Source: Yuukianura sp. NJ FZ-2021
Lineage: Eukaryota
Assembly (NCBI GenBank): GCA_046563655.1
Contig: CM102287.1
Location: forward strand, 3,906,001-3,970,000
Reading direction: 5' to 3'
DNA: 64,000 nucleotides
Part shown: piece by piece, positions 12,420-23,700 of the stretch
Layout of the letters: each line of letters begins with the position of its first letter
Position numbering within the stretch: position 1 is the first letter of the stretch
Notes under the pieces: generated by a model
The model's input: only the letters and a program-made list of their open reading frames with translations
The model's database searches: none
What the model was told of the DNA's origin: nothing
Made by a program: the position numbers and the translations under genes

Positions 12420-14261
12420 ATGGGGAGAAGCATTACTTGGAAGGTGACAGTAGTGCTGTGCTTGTCACTCCTCTCAGGTGACACCACAGTGGTCCAAATT
12501 GACCTGTTGACCTCCATGGGCTTGGAAGAGACCGTGCCAGGTCAAAGGTCACCACAGAGGAAACCAGAAGTCATCAAATCAAAGATCACTGAACCTCCAG
12601 AAGCTGACGCGACAGCAAGTGAATGTCCAAAGCTCCTTCCACCGCTGAGAACTGATCTGCGCAGACGCAGTTCCAGGAGAAGAGTGCTTCCGACAGTAAA
12701 AGCTAACGAAACGCTCCGCGATCCACAATCACCAAATTGTTCAGTTTCGTTAAACTTCACATCTTTAGGAAGATCTTCCGTTCCTTTGGCCAAAAGTGGA
12801 GTGAAAGTTCCCCGAAAACGAAAATGTACAAAGTTAAAATCGACAACAGAAAGGTCAAAGGTCAAGCTGAATCGAAGGAGGAAGCTTCCAAAAGGAGAGG
12901 TCACTGTGATGTATGGATTTGAAAAGAAGTTGGACAAACTACCAATCAGGAACGACCTTGAAGACTGTGAAGAAGAGGATCAAGAAACGACAAATGAAAC
13001 AGTTCCTCAACAAGTGACACCGAACGCTAAGTTTTCAAAAGAAACGACTGCCGAAACGTATTCGGACGAGGAAACGACTACGACTCAAGAAACTATTGCA
13101 GGAACGACTATTGAAGGAACGACTATTGCAGGAACGACTATTACAGGAACGATTATTGAAGGAACGACTACAGGGGAAACGACTATTGCAGGAACGACTA
13201 TTGAAGGAACGACTACAGGGAAAACGACTATTGCAGGAACGACTATTGAAGGAACGACTATTGCAGGAACGACTATTGAAGGAACGACTACAGGGAAAAC
13301 GACTATTGCAGGAACGACTATTGCAGGAACGACTATTGAAGGAACGACTACAGGGAAAACGACTATTGCAGGAACGACTATTGAAGGAACGACTATTGCA
13401 GGAACGACTATTGAAGGAACGACTACAGGGAAAACGACTATTGCAGGAACGACTATTGAAGGAACGACTATTGCAGGAACGACTATTGAAGGAACGACTA
13501 CAGGGAAAACGACTATTGCAGGAACGACCATTGAAGGAACGACTTCAGGGAAAACGACTATTGAAGGAACGACTACAGGGAAAACGACTATTGCAGGAAC
13601 GACTACAGGGAAAACGAGTATTGAAGAAACGACTACAGGAAAAACGACTACTGGAGGAACGACTGCCAAAGTAACTTTGAAAACGACATCGGTAAAGCCG
13701 GCAACGAAGTTTAAAGGTCCGTTGGAAGAAAAGCCGGCTAAACAAACTACTCCGACTCCAGAAATAAGTTACGAAGATGAAGAAGATTGGACCACTCCGT
13801 ACTACCCGCCATACGACGACAATTTGTATCCGAAATCTCTCCGCGGTGAAGACGAAATCGGTCCAGCACCACCACCCACAGTCGCTCCTGTGAAGACCAA
13901 TCGTACGAAAGGACTCAAGGGCCGCGGTATTCGGGCCGGAACCGGAAGAAAACCGAAAGGACCGAAACGCAAACCGATTCTACCGAACGACATTGACTCC
14001 AATGCTACTCCCTACACTCCAGTATCCAATCAGCTTGAAGATCCGGACTCACAACCACCCCCGGACCCCTCATCCTCCGCGGAGATACTCGTGGATCCCC
14101 CATTCGCTGCTGACCCCTACGTCAGATTCCCCAACTCCGGATATGATCAGCTCAAGCGTCGAAATCGCTTCAAAAATAGACGCCCCGAAACAAAGTCTTT
14201 AGTTGGCCCAGCATTTCCAAGGTTCTTTAAGAAACCTAGCGCAGTTTTTCTAAAACCCTAG
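12420..14261 (+). CDS. Single-exon secreted Thr-rich (mucin-like) protein with pentapeptide repeats
   Basis: ORF of about 614 aa from ATG 12420. N-terminal hydrophobic signal (WKVTVVLCLSLLSG), about 40 GTTIA/GTTIE/GTTTG/KTTIA units, basic and Pro-rich flanks. Confidence 0.75.
   Translation: MGRSITWKVTVVLCLSLLSGDTTVVQIDLLTSMGLEETVPGQRSPQRKPEVIKSKITEPPEADATASECPKLLPPLRTDLRRRSSRRRVLPTVKANETLRDPQSPNCSVSLNFTSLGRSSVPLAKSGVKVPRKRKCTKLKSTTERSKVKLNRRRKLPKGEVTVMYGFEKKLDKLPIRNDLEDCEEEDQETTNETVPQQVTPNAKFSKETTAETYSDEETTTTQETIAGTTIEGTTIAGTTITGTIIEGTTTGETTIAGTTIEGTTTGKTTIAGTTIEGTTIAGTTIEGTTTGKTTIAGTTIAGTTIEGTTTGKTTIAGTTIEGTTIAGTTIEGTTTGKTTIAGTTIEGTTIAGTTIEGTTTGKTTIAGTTIEGTTSGKTTIEGTTTGKTTIAGTTTGKTSIEETTTGKTTTGGTTAKVTLKTTSVKPATKFKGPLEEKPAKQTTPTPEISYEDEEDWTTPYYPPYDDNLYPKSLRGEDEIGPAPPPTVAPVKTNRTKGLKGRGIRAGTGRKPKGPKRKPILPNDIDSNATPYTPVSNQLEDPDSQPPPDPSSSAEILVDPPFAADPYVRFPNSGYDQLKRRNRFKNRRPETKSLVGPAFPRFFKKPSAVFLKP
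13075..13665 (+). repeat. Coding 15-bp tandem repeat (GGAACGACTATTG[C/A]A) with higher-order 45-60 bp periodicity
   Basis: Directly visible array; it also explains the stop-free overlapping ORFs in other frames. Confidence 0.95.
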
Positions 14262-15598
14262 AAATCTTAAAATTTAAAAATTCCATTTTGAACTTTTCAA
14301 AACACAACCTGAGTCCTGTCAAAAAGTGACGAAGCTCATTAGGCACAAAGATTCAAAACAGTGCCAAAACCTAACACCCCCCCCCCTTCTTCCGTAGACC
14401 CCCCCCCCCTCTTCGTAGACCCCCCCCCCCCTAGAATAACTCACCTAACCAGGCCAAGAGGCGTTTTCGTTCAAACAACCTCCGGATTTCTCTAATTACT
14501 TTTTCAATTCTCTTCCAAAAGTTTGCTTAAAATCGAAGGAGCTTAATGACTGTTAGACGCACTTTTAAGTTGAACCTCCGACAATCACAACAACTCCAAT
14601 CCTAGTGAAATTCCAAATTTTCGAACAATTTTTTCAAAATTTTGAGTTTTTTTTTGTCGAAAGTTTACGCCGTTGCAAGTTTTTTGTTGGCTAAGTTTGT
14701 TTCCGGAAACGAAGTGATAAGTTTGTCTGATGTTTCGGACCACAAAGTTGTTCTATTGTCAACACAAAGTTTTTTTTTTAGAATTTTAGAAATTGTCTAG
14801 TTCTTTGTGAAAATTTCAAATAAAGATTTGAAAAGTTGTCCAGTTGTGTCCGCTGTTGTTAAAAAACTTGTCCAGTGGTTTCACCTTCACGTAAGTTTCT
14901 GTCAAAATTTTCAAAACACAACTTTTCCACTGCGAAAATTTTAAAAAAAATTTCAGAATTATTCGGAAGCCAGAAGGCATTAGGTTTTTCTGAAAAGTAT
15001 GCGTTATCGGCTTTTTAGACTGAACGAAATTAGTAAGTAACTACAGTTAAAGATTTATTTTTTGAAAAACATGTTTTTGAAAAAGGAAAGTGTGATTGAG
15101 AAATGATGTGATTTGGAGCTGACACTAACTTGTGTTTTCAAAATTTCTAAAAATAGACTTTGTGCTTGTAGATGAGAATCAGTTGTGTTTTTCCTTTGTT
15201 AAAAAACTATTTGTTATTTCCTGTCTAATTGTGGTCCAACGTCTTTAAAAAGTCGTTTTAAAAATCCGTGTCAAGAAATGCCACTGAAGGTGCCAAATTG
15301 GAGCTCATCAATCTTCCTGCCTAATGGAAAATCGCTGCAGGGAGCCTCCAGTGTGGCTGAGCATGGCAGGAAAAGGAGACAAAGTAAAACTTGCTTTTTA
15401 GAACAAGAATGGAACTCCGTAACACGTTTTTTAAACAAGTTTAGAAAATATAAACCCGTACAATCACAATTTGCAAAAACAAAAAGGAAAACAAAACAAA
15501 ACGATTGGGCAAGCGAAAGGCAAGCTGAAAGTTTTCAAATTTTTTGTTCTTCACAGAATTTGAAAAAACTTGACATTTTTTGTGGAAGATTTTGAAAA

Positions 15599-17501
15599 AT
15601 GACTTCGGGGTCACCGGATCTAGACACAATCAAGATGTTTGTGGGTCAAATTCCAAAAAATTGGACAGAAGAAGATGTGAAATTGACTTTTGAAAAATTT
15701 GGAACCATTTTCTCAGCTACCATTTTACGTGACAAGGTCACCAGAGAAAGTAGAGGTGAGGTCATGGCTTTTCATATTCTTCAAATTTAAGTTTTCAAAA
15801 TTTCGAAAATTTTGAATTCAAATTTTGATATTTTTTGTAGGTTGCTGTTTCATTACGTTCCATAAGAGAAAGTCGGCCTTGGATGCTCAAAATGCTTGTC
15901 ATAACATTCGTGTTCTTCCTGGGGTGAGTGACAGGATTTCAGTTTCAAAATTTCAAAAATTGAAAACTTCCTGTTTATTTTTCTGAAATTTTGAATGTTT
16001 CTTCAGAATTTGCAAATCTCTTAATTTTGTTTTGGTTTCTGCAGATGAGCCATCCGATGCAGATGAAACCTGCAGATAATGAAAACAGACACGGTGGGTT
16101 TCGGGAATTTTAAGACTTTGAAATTCAAAATCATGTAATTTTGAAAATCGTGACTTTCGTTTTTTGGATTTTCAAAATCAGAGCGTAAAATTTTCGTTGG
16201 AATGTTGACACGGACGTTGACGGAGGCTGATCTGCGTGGAATGTTCATGTCTTTCGGATTAATTGAAGATGTGTCTATCCTCAGAGATGCAAATGGAGTT
16301 AGTCGTGGTTGCGGATTTGTTACGTTCTCGACCAAAGCTTCAGCAATTAATGCCATCAAGGTCATGCATCAGTCCAGTATCATGGAGGTGAGGTCAAAGG
16401 TCACAGAAAAAGTGAGGTCAAAGGTCAACTCCATTTTCTATGAAACTGATTGAACAATGTTGTTAACAGGGGTGCTCTTCACCACTAGTCGTAAAAATTG
16501 CTGACTTGCAACAGAAAGGACTGAAAAACACACAGGTTTGTAGTTGCTCGCTAAAATTTCGTTGAATTATTATTACACAATATGATTAATATTTATTATA
16601 TAATATAAATATTGTTTTTATTATATTTATGTACTTACTTAATTTTTCATCGTTTAGAAAGACAAGGAACAACAAAGTAGGAAGAGTCAGACGAAAGCGT
16701 CTTCTCCAGCCGAATGTTACTTGAGTGTAATGAATTCAAAAATTTCATAGATTTGGTTAAATGCAATTTTGAAATTCAAATTTCGAAAAACTTGCATTTT
16801 GAATTTTTTTTACAGTATTGAATTTTCAAAATTTTGACCTTTAATTTTAGTTGCTCGAGTATCTTGTACAACAATCCGCTCAACTTCCAAATTCTTCTCA
16901 ACTACAAAACGATTTTGCTATTTTGAATTTCCTGGCATCCGGATCCGGAATATTTCCAGGAATCGCTGAAATGCTCAACGCCCAAACTCCTGAAGCTTCT
17001 GCGCAGAACAACCTTTTAGCACAGAATGCTGGGAAGCATCATGCTGCTCCTACAAATATCAACTGGAACCAGCTTGTCAACTACAACGTCGTATCAGAAG
17101 CACTGCTCAGTACTATGATGAATCCATCAGCACTTGTTCCTGCGAGTGCAGTTCCGATGCTGGGTCAAGGTCAAGGTCAACTTTTGAATCCGAATAACGC
17201 TCAAGGTCAACTTTTGACCCCGCAGGGAGTAGATGGCCCAGAAGGATCCAATCTCTTCATCTACCATTTACCGCAAGAGTTCAGCGAGGCAGATTTGGTT
17301 CAACTTTTTTCTCCATTTGGACTCATTGTGTCCGCCAAAATCTTCCTGGACAGAAAAACGAATTTGTCCAAATGCTTTGGATTTGTGTCCTACGATAACA
17401 GAGTCAGTGCTCAACTGGCAATCCACGGTCTCAATGGATTTGCAATTGGGACTAAAAGACTCAAAGTTCAACTTAAGAAACCAAAAGACAAGCCATACTG
17501 A
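15599..17501 (+). CDS. CELF: CELF/Bruno-like RNA-binding protein with 3 RRMs (7 exons)
   Basis: RRM1 [10 protein letters not shown]...[23 protein letters not shown]2 RKIFVGML...[12 protein letters not shown]3 [16 protein letters not shown]...[11 protein letters not shown]...[15 protein letters not shown]. All introns GT-AG. Confidence 0.93.
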
Positions 17502-18347
17502 CTTAAATTTGTGAATAAGTTAATTAATTGTTGAATTAGTTGAGATAAAATGGTAAAATAAAGTGAAAAAAATTAAGTAAACTAAATACTCAAAGTTGTT
17601 TGGATTTTCTGATGTATGGGTTCCACGACGTTCAAAAATAAAGCCCAGTTGAGAATGATGCTCAATGTACCTACTAAGTTTTGTTGAAGGTTTTATTGTT
17701 ACTGCTTAGTCAGTAATTAACACTTGTTTAAAATCTAAATTAATTAACATAAATTTAATAAATAAATAAGTATTTCACTAAGTTGTGTGAATTATTAAAA
17801 ACATTATCAATTTTAGCTTATTGTTGGAGAAGGTTGAGATCCATGATAGGGCATTGTGAGACTATAGAATTTTGGTGGGAAAATTTTCTAATCATTTGAA
17901 AAGTGTTGACAAATTAAAATAAAACATGAGTAGTAATTTTTTTTTACCTAATAGTTAGTAATTTGTTGTCAATTTTAATTTGTTAACACTGATTAATTGA
18001 TTTCAACGATTAACTTTAAATTGAGTTATAGAAGTTGCAGATATTAATTGCGCACTGGGGTTCCGTATTCTTCCAGGTAAGCGGTCAAACAAACTTGTGG
18101 GGAAACGTTACAAAGAGTTAATTGAATTCGCGAGTGATATCCTACACCGCGACTGCACCGCTATGAAATTCCAGCTGACGGTGACGCATCAATTGATAAA
18201 TTTGGATTCCTTCAGTGTTTGTTTATAGATTAATCGGAACATGCACTTTGAGAGTCTTGTGAGAAGCGAGTTCGTTCAATATCTAATGTCTAATTTGAAT
18301 TTTGTTTTGTTTGATAGTGAATTGAATTCCTAACTGATTAGCGGAAC

Positions 18348-19748
18348 ATGGAGCTGGAATCGGAAATTACAAGTCAAACTCAAGATGAAGAACAAGAGCT
18401 AAACCAGGTAGATGCTGCAACTGTAACTGCCGTGAAGAACCTTTCTTCGGGAGTACTGGCTGGATTTGAATCTGAACTAACTGCTGTATCCAAGGAACTT
18501 AAAGATTTCACGTAAGCAAAAGTTCATCAAACGACCTTGTGCTTGAACTAGGGAACTTCTTCAAATTAGTCACTTCAATACGATTGATAATAGCCCATGT
18601 TATTCCCTTTCTCTTCATAATTTTCAGAGATCAACAAGATACGCTAATTGAAAAGATGTCAGCGTATAACAATCGGACTGAGACAAGTCATGTGTTTCCT
18701 CAACTCAAAGATGCTGTTAGTACTACCTCAACAGTTTTTGTGTGACTATTCAATTTTAGTAAAAAAAATACTTTATTAGATTAGGGTACTTACTAGTTTT
18801 ACTAACTTACAGATGGATCTAATTTACGCTCAAATGGAAAGGCTTAACCTCATCAAACAGGACATGACAACGTTTCAAGAAAGATCTCAAAAACTTCGAG
18901 TAAGCAAAATCTTGAGGGTGATTCGTGATTGTCACTTTAGCAGTTTGAAATTGCGCCATTTAACTAAATACCTTTAAATTTTTTTTAAGGAAGGAGCTGT
19001 ACTATGCTGTTAGATACAGATGTTAGAATATCCTTGTATTCTTTGTGGTTTGATTTGTGACTGCTAAAAACTAATTAAGCCTAAAGTTTCTATTTTCTTT
19101 TTGTTTTTCTATATTTTAGAGGGTTCGCTTTGCTTTTGCTTGAATTTCGAGTTAAATGAAATCTAACGCCTGCTTAATCTGTCGTCTTCATAAGTTATTT
19201 AGCTTAAAACTTATGAACCTGGGTGAACCGGTTTTGTTGCTCTTACTACGTTGTTTTGCTAACTGCGTAACGCGTTTTCTGAAGAACTTTTTTCTTTCAA
19301 ACTTAAGAAATGCTGCATTCGCTGGCAGGTTAGAAGATGAACTTTGACGTCAGACGTCACTATCATCTCTGCTTAGCTTACAAAAACAACACTTTGGTTT
19401 ATTTTGCTAAGAATCCAGTTTCTGCATGCTTTTCAAGCTTGTCTGGGTCATGGTAGGTCAAACGCCATCAGATTTGAACTGTTGGAGTTCAAAACTACAA
19501 AGTCCGCTTGACCCTAATCACGACGTTAGAGTCGGAACGACTAAAACAAAGACTAATTACTAATCTGTCTCATTTTGGTCCAGGTACGTGCTGAGAAGCT
19601 GAGGTCACGTGTTGAAGATAAAGAACGACGTGATGAGGATTTGGTAGCTCAACTTGTTGGGTCAGGGGATCATAAACATAAAGAAGTCAAAGGTCACAAT
19701 CCTGGACCTATTCCTGGAGTGGAGACGAAAGTTGAACTCGGTCTCTAA
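18348..19748 (+). CDS. BLOC1S6: BLOC-1 subunit 6 (pallidin), 4 exons
   Basis: Exons 18348-18511, 18628-18715, 18813-18899 and 19584-19748 splice in frame: ...LSSGVLAGFESELTAVSKELKDFTDQQDTLIEKM...MERLNLIKQDMTTFQERSQKLRVRAEKL, a pallidin-like coiled coil. Mostly missing from the ORF track. Confidence 0.75.
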
Positions 19749-20746
19749 TATCCAAATCATGACCTCTGATCCGTCAACATCATGGACACATTGATTTTAA
19801 ACTGAAGGGACCTCCTTGGGGTCAACCGTCATCCATCTTCGTGCTCGTTCCTTAAGGGCTCTTATATTTCGGATCCATAAAGGCAAATTCTTCCCACACT
19901 GGCTCAGGTTTCATGTTATGTCGGAGTACCTTAAGTACCAGAGTCAAGAACCTGTTTGACTTTTACATTTTTATCAATCATTCGATTAATTCGAGATTAT
20001 TCGACTAAAACTGGTAGTAATAGTAGTAAAATCCAAGTCTCGTCACACTTCTTTCGAACAATATTTTCTCGTATCAAATTGAAAAATAATCTGCAGCTCA
20101 AAATCACGCATCGCAAGTCTAAATTAGAAATTATCTATGATTGTTTTTATCGAAAAAAGTGTTTGCTTACGATTCGCGATTTTATAGTGCGATTGTATGC
20201 TATGTTTTCCTATTCAATAACAATTAATTGTAAAACTTATTTTGAAGATTAACGGTTAGATTAAATTAAAAGTAATCAGAAAATATACTTGTAGTTGTCA
20301 ATTTAAAACTAATTCGTGGGAAGCTCCGATTTCCACTGATATATTTATATAAATGCGTAGTAGTATTTATATGAATCAATATTATATTATGCATGGCATC
20401 AATAAAGAATGTAAAGTGATATTAATCGAATAAAACAAAGCGGTAGAAACTAAACAGCTGAGCTCTGGCTCGCATGTGTTTTGGTGGGGGTCTCTAACCT
20501 TGTGGATCAGCTGATCCCTTCCCCTCTTGCTCTTCTCTTTAAATCGACTCGATCATCTGGTTTTTCCTCCATGTTCAACACAAAGGAAATTCTCCTCCTT
20601 TTCCCCTTTACTTAGCCTCAGTTAGCAACAAACACCAGGCACATCAACAACAGTTTCTATCTTTCCTGGAACTTAATTAATTACTAAGTGACACCAGGGC
20701 GAAATAATTGAACTCAAGTGTTGTAAGAGTGCGTGAGGACGATTAA

Positions 20747-23700
20747 ATGTGGAATACACAAGTACTGCTCCGCCTGGTCCATGATTGTCTCAAGCAGGAA
20801 TCTAACCAAGTTATGACCAGCCGTAATTCTAATAGCTCAAGCACAGCATCTTCATCAGCAGCATCAGCATCAGTATCAGCATCCAACCATCAACTTCTAT
20901 ACAGTGATCAATCAGCAACTCAAGGTAAGCAGCTTTACTTATCGTTATCATGTTGGGAATCAATCATGTCGAATAGGAACAAAGAATTTTTTTGCCCAAG
21001 ATGATCGTTTTTTCAACGTTTCGGTTCGGTTTTTCTTAAAAACGTTTTGGCGAAGAAATTATACGTTACGGATACTTCCATCTACAAAATCAGGATTTCG
21101 TAACTGTATTGTACGATTAGGTAATTAAGAAAATTTTAAGTAGAAAATACAACGGGCTGATGACTGGACATCGACGTGTATTTGCTTGTGCTTCATACTT
21201 TTTCCTGGAAGGATTCATGAAAAAACAACGTTTTTTGGCCATGGCGATGATTTTTCAGTGACTTCTGGCAGTTCTGGTTGGTTTGAGACATGGTACATGC
21301 TATTTGCGACTTTGCTTTTAGTCTCTATAGTTAGTTTTTGCGAATTTCATTCGTCTACAGTCAGTTTTTGCGAATTTCATTCATCTGTAGTCAGTAATTT
21401 GCAAACCTTTTGGCCAAAATCTAGCTTTAGGAAATTTGCAAAAACTAAAGACTATAGCTCAAGCCATTCCAAAGTCCTTTGCACTTATAAGGCTTTTTTT
21501 TTGGCAAGGAAGGTAATAAAAGAGAGCTCCTTTTAGTTACGCGTGCGAAATTCGCACTGCGAATATATTTTTGCACAGGCAGGAATGGAAAAGTTTTGGC
21601 TTGAGATAGACGTGGCAGGCTCGTGGATTGGACTTCGATCTGGCTTTGCAAAAATCCTTGGACGAAAATCATGCAAAATTGGACGTAAACGAAAGAATAA
21701 AGGGGTTTAGTAAGGCAAAACATAAAACATTCGCAAGATGTATTTACTTTTAAGGTTGTTGAAAAGATGATCATCTTGATCGTTTTTGCTTCTAAAACAT
21801 TTTTTCTTTGAGCCATCTTGTCTTGCCAGTTCTCTTCTTTTTTTGTTAAGAGTTTTCTAAAAGTGTGCAATTTTTTGCACTCACAACTTTGGCAGAGATG
21901 ATGACTAGGCCTAGATTCGCAAAATCTAATCGCTTGACGAAGTATACAAACTGTGTACAGTGGGTTATTCATTTTATAGTACTCACAACTTCAGTATTTT
22001 GCAGGAACTAGCATTAGTCAGTCGTATCTCTCACAAAAGCTTTTTAGTTGAGTCGGTCCAAGGTTATGTGAACCAACAATGTGCAAATATTGGCAACACT
22101 TTGCAAAAATTTGCACACAGCACATAGTTGCTCATGCTTTGTCAGTAGTACTACGACAGGGCTGTACTTGAAGCATAGCTCAAAAGCTCTAATTTGCTAG
22201 TGTTGAATGCTGCAATCGTCACACCACCAAATTGCATCATTTTCCCTATGTGCGAAATTCGCACACTGCAAATAGTCGATAAGACTCATGCGAATGACGG
22301 TGGTCAGTTTTTTGCAAATTTGTTTTTGGCCATGCCACAAACTCTAAAAGCCCTTGGTCTCTTTCTATAATGTAATCTCTACCAGTACCATTGTTGTTAA
22401 AGAACTTGTACACAAAATTTCAAAAATTCACTTCGAAATTTAAATTTTCGAAATTTTAATTTCAATTTTTTCATAGCAATGCTGATTGTTTCTTTTCTTG
22501 AGTTTTTTAATTTGGGGTCATCGCCTTTCTTTTCACTGACTAAAAAGAAGGCGTTGAAATTTAAAATTCTACCCGGTAAAAACCTAACTGTAAAAAATGC
22601 AAAATCAAAATTCGAAAACTTTTTTTGTGGAGGTGGATTGTTGAAATTGCCTGCAAGGATGAGTAGACAGACGAATCATCAGCACTTTTCTTGTGCGAAA
22701 TTTTTTTTTGCAATGATTTTTTCCCACGTATTCCTTTGTCTGTCACTTAAGTTCACGGATGACTCAACTTTTGCATTAGAAATCTCCGCCTTCCATTTCA
22801 AAAAAGTCCAAGTCCGGTTCATTGTTTCCTGTTTAAGCACAAGCGAAAAGATTTTTAGGGAGAGAGGGGAACTCCCCATGCTACTAGGAAGGATTAAGGC
22901 AGCGACAAGAAGCAGAATGAATCAAAATTTAGACTGATATTAATCAAAATTAATCATTTTTACACCCTCCTATGCACTAAATCTTGATTAATCACACGAT
23001 TAACTCGATTTTTATGGAAGTGAAACCGGATTTCGGAGGGAGAGGGAGGAGTTTTTTTTAAAATCAGATCTGCCTCGAAATTTGTAAAATTTTAAATTTT
23101 GTGTGTGCTAAAAACCTTGATTAACCTTAAAGTTAAAATTAGACCATTGAAATCTACAGTAGAAGTCTACAATTATTTCTAATAAACTTGTAAGCATGGG
23201 GGGACATTAGCAACAAAATGATTAATTTTAACTTTAGTCGGCGTTCAAAGTTGAATTAAAAGTGACAATTTACAATTCGAAGTGAAAAATATTTGAATTT
23301 AGTTAACCTTAATTAAATTTTGATTAGCTTTAATTAAGTTGAACTGGCATTTACTGTTTAAAGTGTTGATGAAATTGAAATTGAAATTCTGAAGTTTATT
23401 TTATTTTTTTGCCAATACTTTAAAGTTTGAAAGTGACACTTCTTTGTTATCGTTTAGTTTCTCTTTTGTTGATTGTTTATTGGGGTTAATCAGTTTGTTT
23501 ATAATAGAGGAAAAAAGGAGGAGGTTTTTGTGCAGTGGAAATTTTCTGTTGTTTTCCTTTTGGTTAGGCTCAATGTGCTAAATAAGTAGTGGAAAAATAA
23601 CGTTGTTAAATGTTAACTTAACATTTAAGTTAAGTAGCAGGTTGGTTGACACGATCGAACGAAGGTCACCCATCGATGAACGAAAAAGCAGTGGTTACTC

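Noticed and set aside
13085..13674. ORFs with VVPAI and LLQER repeats
   Set aside because: Alternative-frame and antisense readings of the 15-bp coding repeat.
19028..19036. ATATCCTT resembling a U12 AT-AC donor
   Set aside because: No compatible open exon or U12 branch site identified.
21140..22410. Possible transposon relic (175-aa minus ORF; GTGCGAAATTCGCAC palindromes at about 21543 and 22251)
   Set aside because: No transposase or RT motifs, terminal repeats or target-site duplication could be defined.
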